Shown here one piece after another: positions 61,631-64,000 of a DNA stretch of 64,000 nucleotides. Origin of the DNA: Haplodiscus bocki (Eukaryota); contig OZ296651.1 of NCBI GenBank assembly GCA_965655095.1, positions 30,752,001-30,816,000 on the forward strand. The letters run 5' to 3'. The notes below the pieces were generated by a model. That model was given only the letters and a program-made list of their open reading frames with translations. It did not search any database and had not been told where the DNA came from. Each line of letters begins with the position of its first letter. Within the stretch, counting starts at the first letter, position 1. The translations under genes were made by a program, and so were the position numbers.

Positions 61631-64000
61631 CCACAGGTACTTTCATAACTAATGGCGCTTTTTAGCTTTCTCTCAATGTGGAGATCACTGAACAGTATGT
61701 TCCAGCGGAAAAGTTTTCGAATTCCATTTTTCTAATCCGGAGAAATTAGGACAGCAAAGAAAATTGATACCAAAAAGCTGAGAAAATTCAATTATTTTCA
61801 TCTATATTTGATTTTTTAAGAGGTTTATAGTATAAACTTTTCTATCGGCTAAAAAAATCGAAAAATTTTCCCAATTTTTCAAAAAATGCTGGGAAAGGAG
61901 GATTTGTTCCAGATACGCCTGAAAACGAATGATTTTCGGTGAAGAGAGACCCCATTTATCGAAAACTTTTGAATTTGGGCGAAAATTATTATTTTTTTGA
62001 TATTAAAGAACGTGTGTACCAGTATCTCAATATGTTAAAACTTTGGCCGATAGCACGATTAGAACCGGCTTCATAACCGTGGCGCCACCCCGCTTATGTT
62101 TTTTGCAAGCCGCCAACGATTCTGCGGACAGTCTGCGAGTCATGGGCAATTTCAGGAAAAGGAAAACGAAACTTCGACGAATGAATTGAATATTTTCCTT
62201 TCAAAAATTTTTCCGCTGATATTGACAAGCTGTTTTTTCAGAAGAAGTTTCCTAATCCTTTTGATTCTATAACTACTGGCTGGATTTGTACCAAGTTACC
62301 AATCGGCAGTTTTTTGTCCTGAGAAGGCCATTCGATAATTATACGTTACGTTCCATACATGGGACACTGCATTGACCGAAATTGTCAAAAAGTGAATTGT
62401 CGTTTTTTCTAATTTTCAAACTCAATCTCCTCAAACTACTGTCAGGATTTACTCCATCAAGGTCTCAATTTACATGTTCTCCTTGGCCATCTTGGTTTTT
62501 TTTAGCTAAAGAATTGAGGCAATGCGATCGAGTTAAAACTCAATCCACCGTATGTCGATGACGGATCCCCGCTTTTTCATCAACAAGTTCGATTGCTTTA
62601 GCTTTTGCAAAACTTGACAAAGTTATCCTTTTTTGAACGGCAAATTTCCCATTATAAAAGTTTTCACAGGACAGAGTTGGAATTTGTTCAGGACGTGTCG
62701 CGACCTGTCAAAACACTTCACGTGGCGTAATATGGAACTTCTTTTGAAAGAAATACACTACGCTGGCACATGTCAAACTCATTTGGGAGATCAGCCAAGT
62801 AAACACTGGAGAGATGATTTTTCTTCAGTTTTGTCTTTATAGTGTTTCCTTAAGAGTAGTGATCAAACCGGTTCCATGCTGCAGAAATTCGATTTTAGCG
62901 GCCCTGGGAATGGCAAGGTTTAACTTTCATTGTTTTAGGGCGAAAATTTTTGACTGGTAATGGGAAATTGAACATGCTTTCAATTGCTTTGTTCGTTTGA
63001 AGTGTTTTTTTTTGGTGACTACTGGTCCAACGAGCCACCCACTACTGATTCAACTACTATCTGCCCTGAGTCTCAGACAATAGGCCTGGACTGTCTTTTT
63101 CCTTTTTATCGCGAAATTTGTGTTTCAAAAATTGAAGATGGTTTTACTTCTGTCGTTGGTTCCAGGTGTTTCACTGGATAACTACTTATCGGAATGTTGC
63201 CATTTAGAGCTGAATCAACTAGTAACGACCAGGAACTTCTAAAAAGCACCCAGAATGGTCTCTTTACTTTTGCTGCGAAATGTATCAACTTGTGTTCAGA
63301 AACTCGAAGATGCTTTTACCTGTATTGTTACGACTCCGTAAAGATTTGATTTTACGAAGTAGTTTTAGCGTTACTCTTTTCGTTTTTGGACGGTTTTTTC
63401 GTAATTTTACTGCCTCATCCGAAATAAATTTATTAGATCGACATTTGAAAACATTCTGTTTTTTTTTCAAATTGCAGCAAAGCTTAGTGGGAGTTTAAGA
63501 GATACCATATGGACCGCCATGTTAGAGAGCGCGGAAACCAAACATTTGGAATTTTATTCTTGCTCCTCAAGTGAATTTTCTTTACTTATAAAAGACCTTG
63601 AAATTTTTTTCACCCTTTTGCGGGAAAATGGAACGAAGTTCAAGGACGAACCCTATGCTCGAACATAGAGGCGGTGACTCAGCGCAAAATCACAGAAAAA
63701 CGAACAGTCTATTTCGTCTGAACGTATTCATTCTGAGGAGCACTAGTAACGGAAATGACCGGGGAAGTTGAGAATGTTTGGAGTTTTCGATTTTAATCTG
63801 GGCTTGTATCGTGGCAAGGGCCTGACTTTCGGCTAGCTGGAAGAACAAAGAATTGTAAAAAGAATTTTGAATATACTGAAAAAATTCCGGCTTTGGGACA
63901 GGGGTTAGGTAGGATTTATTAGGTAGTTTGAGTAATTGTGTATACCTGTAGAAAACGGCAAGTGTTTTTACTTTCAATTCGTGGGAAAACAAATAAGGGT

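Noticed and set aside
62400-63992. Short ORFs at the right end
   Set aside because: No recognisable domain; they may be exons of a gene extending beyond the window but cannot be supported.

Overview
AT-rich, intron-containing animal (invertebrate-type) genomic DNA dominated by decayed mobile elements, with two apparently intact host genes. From left to right: (1) a very old Gypsy LTR retrotransposon (~1073-7554) that carries an extra 3' ORF ending in a DnaJ/J-domain; (2) a host B-box/coiled-coil/MATH-like gene (8611-9618); (3) a host PPP1R15 (GADD34/CReP)-like gene whose PP1-binding RVxF motif is split by a ~24.8 kb intron (11523-36349). That intron holds a second Gypsy element interrupted by a ~12.85 kb Helitron-like element encoding a Rep-PIF1-GIY-YIG fusion, an SGNH hydrolase and a possible OB-fold protein, plus two hAT-type MITEs; (4) a foldback-like repeat; (5) a non-autonomous Helentron-type element carrying three tandem tRNA-Gln-derived Pol III units; (6) a decayed Polinton/Maverick (adintovirus-like) element with an intron-containing pPolB, adenain-like protease, major and minor capsid, core protein, integrase and packaging ATPase; (7) a poorly interpretable right end with a ~180 bp degenerate satellite. 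All calls are by-eye motif recognition; no database search was run.
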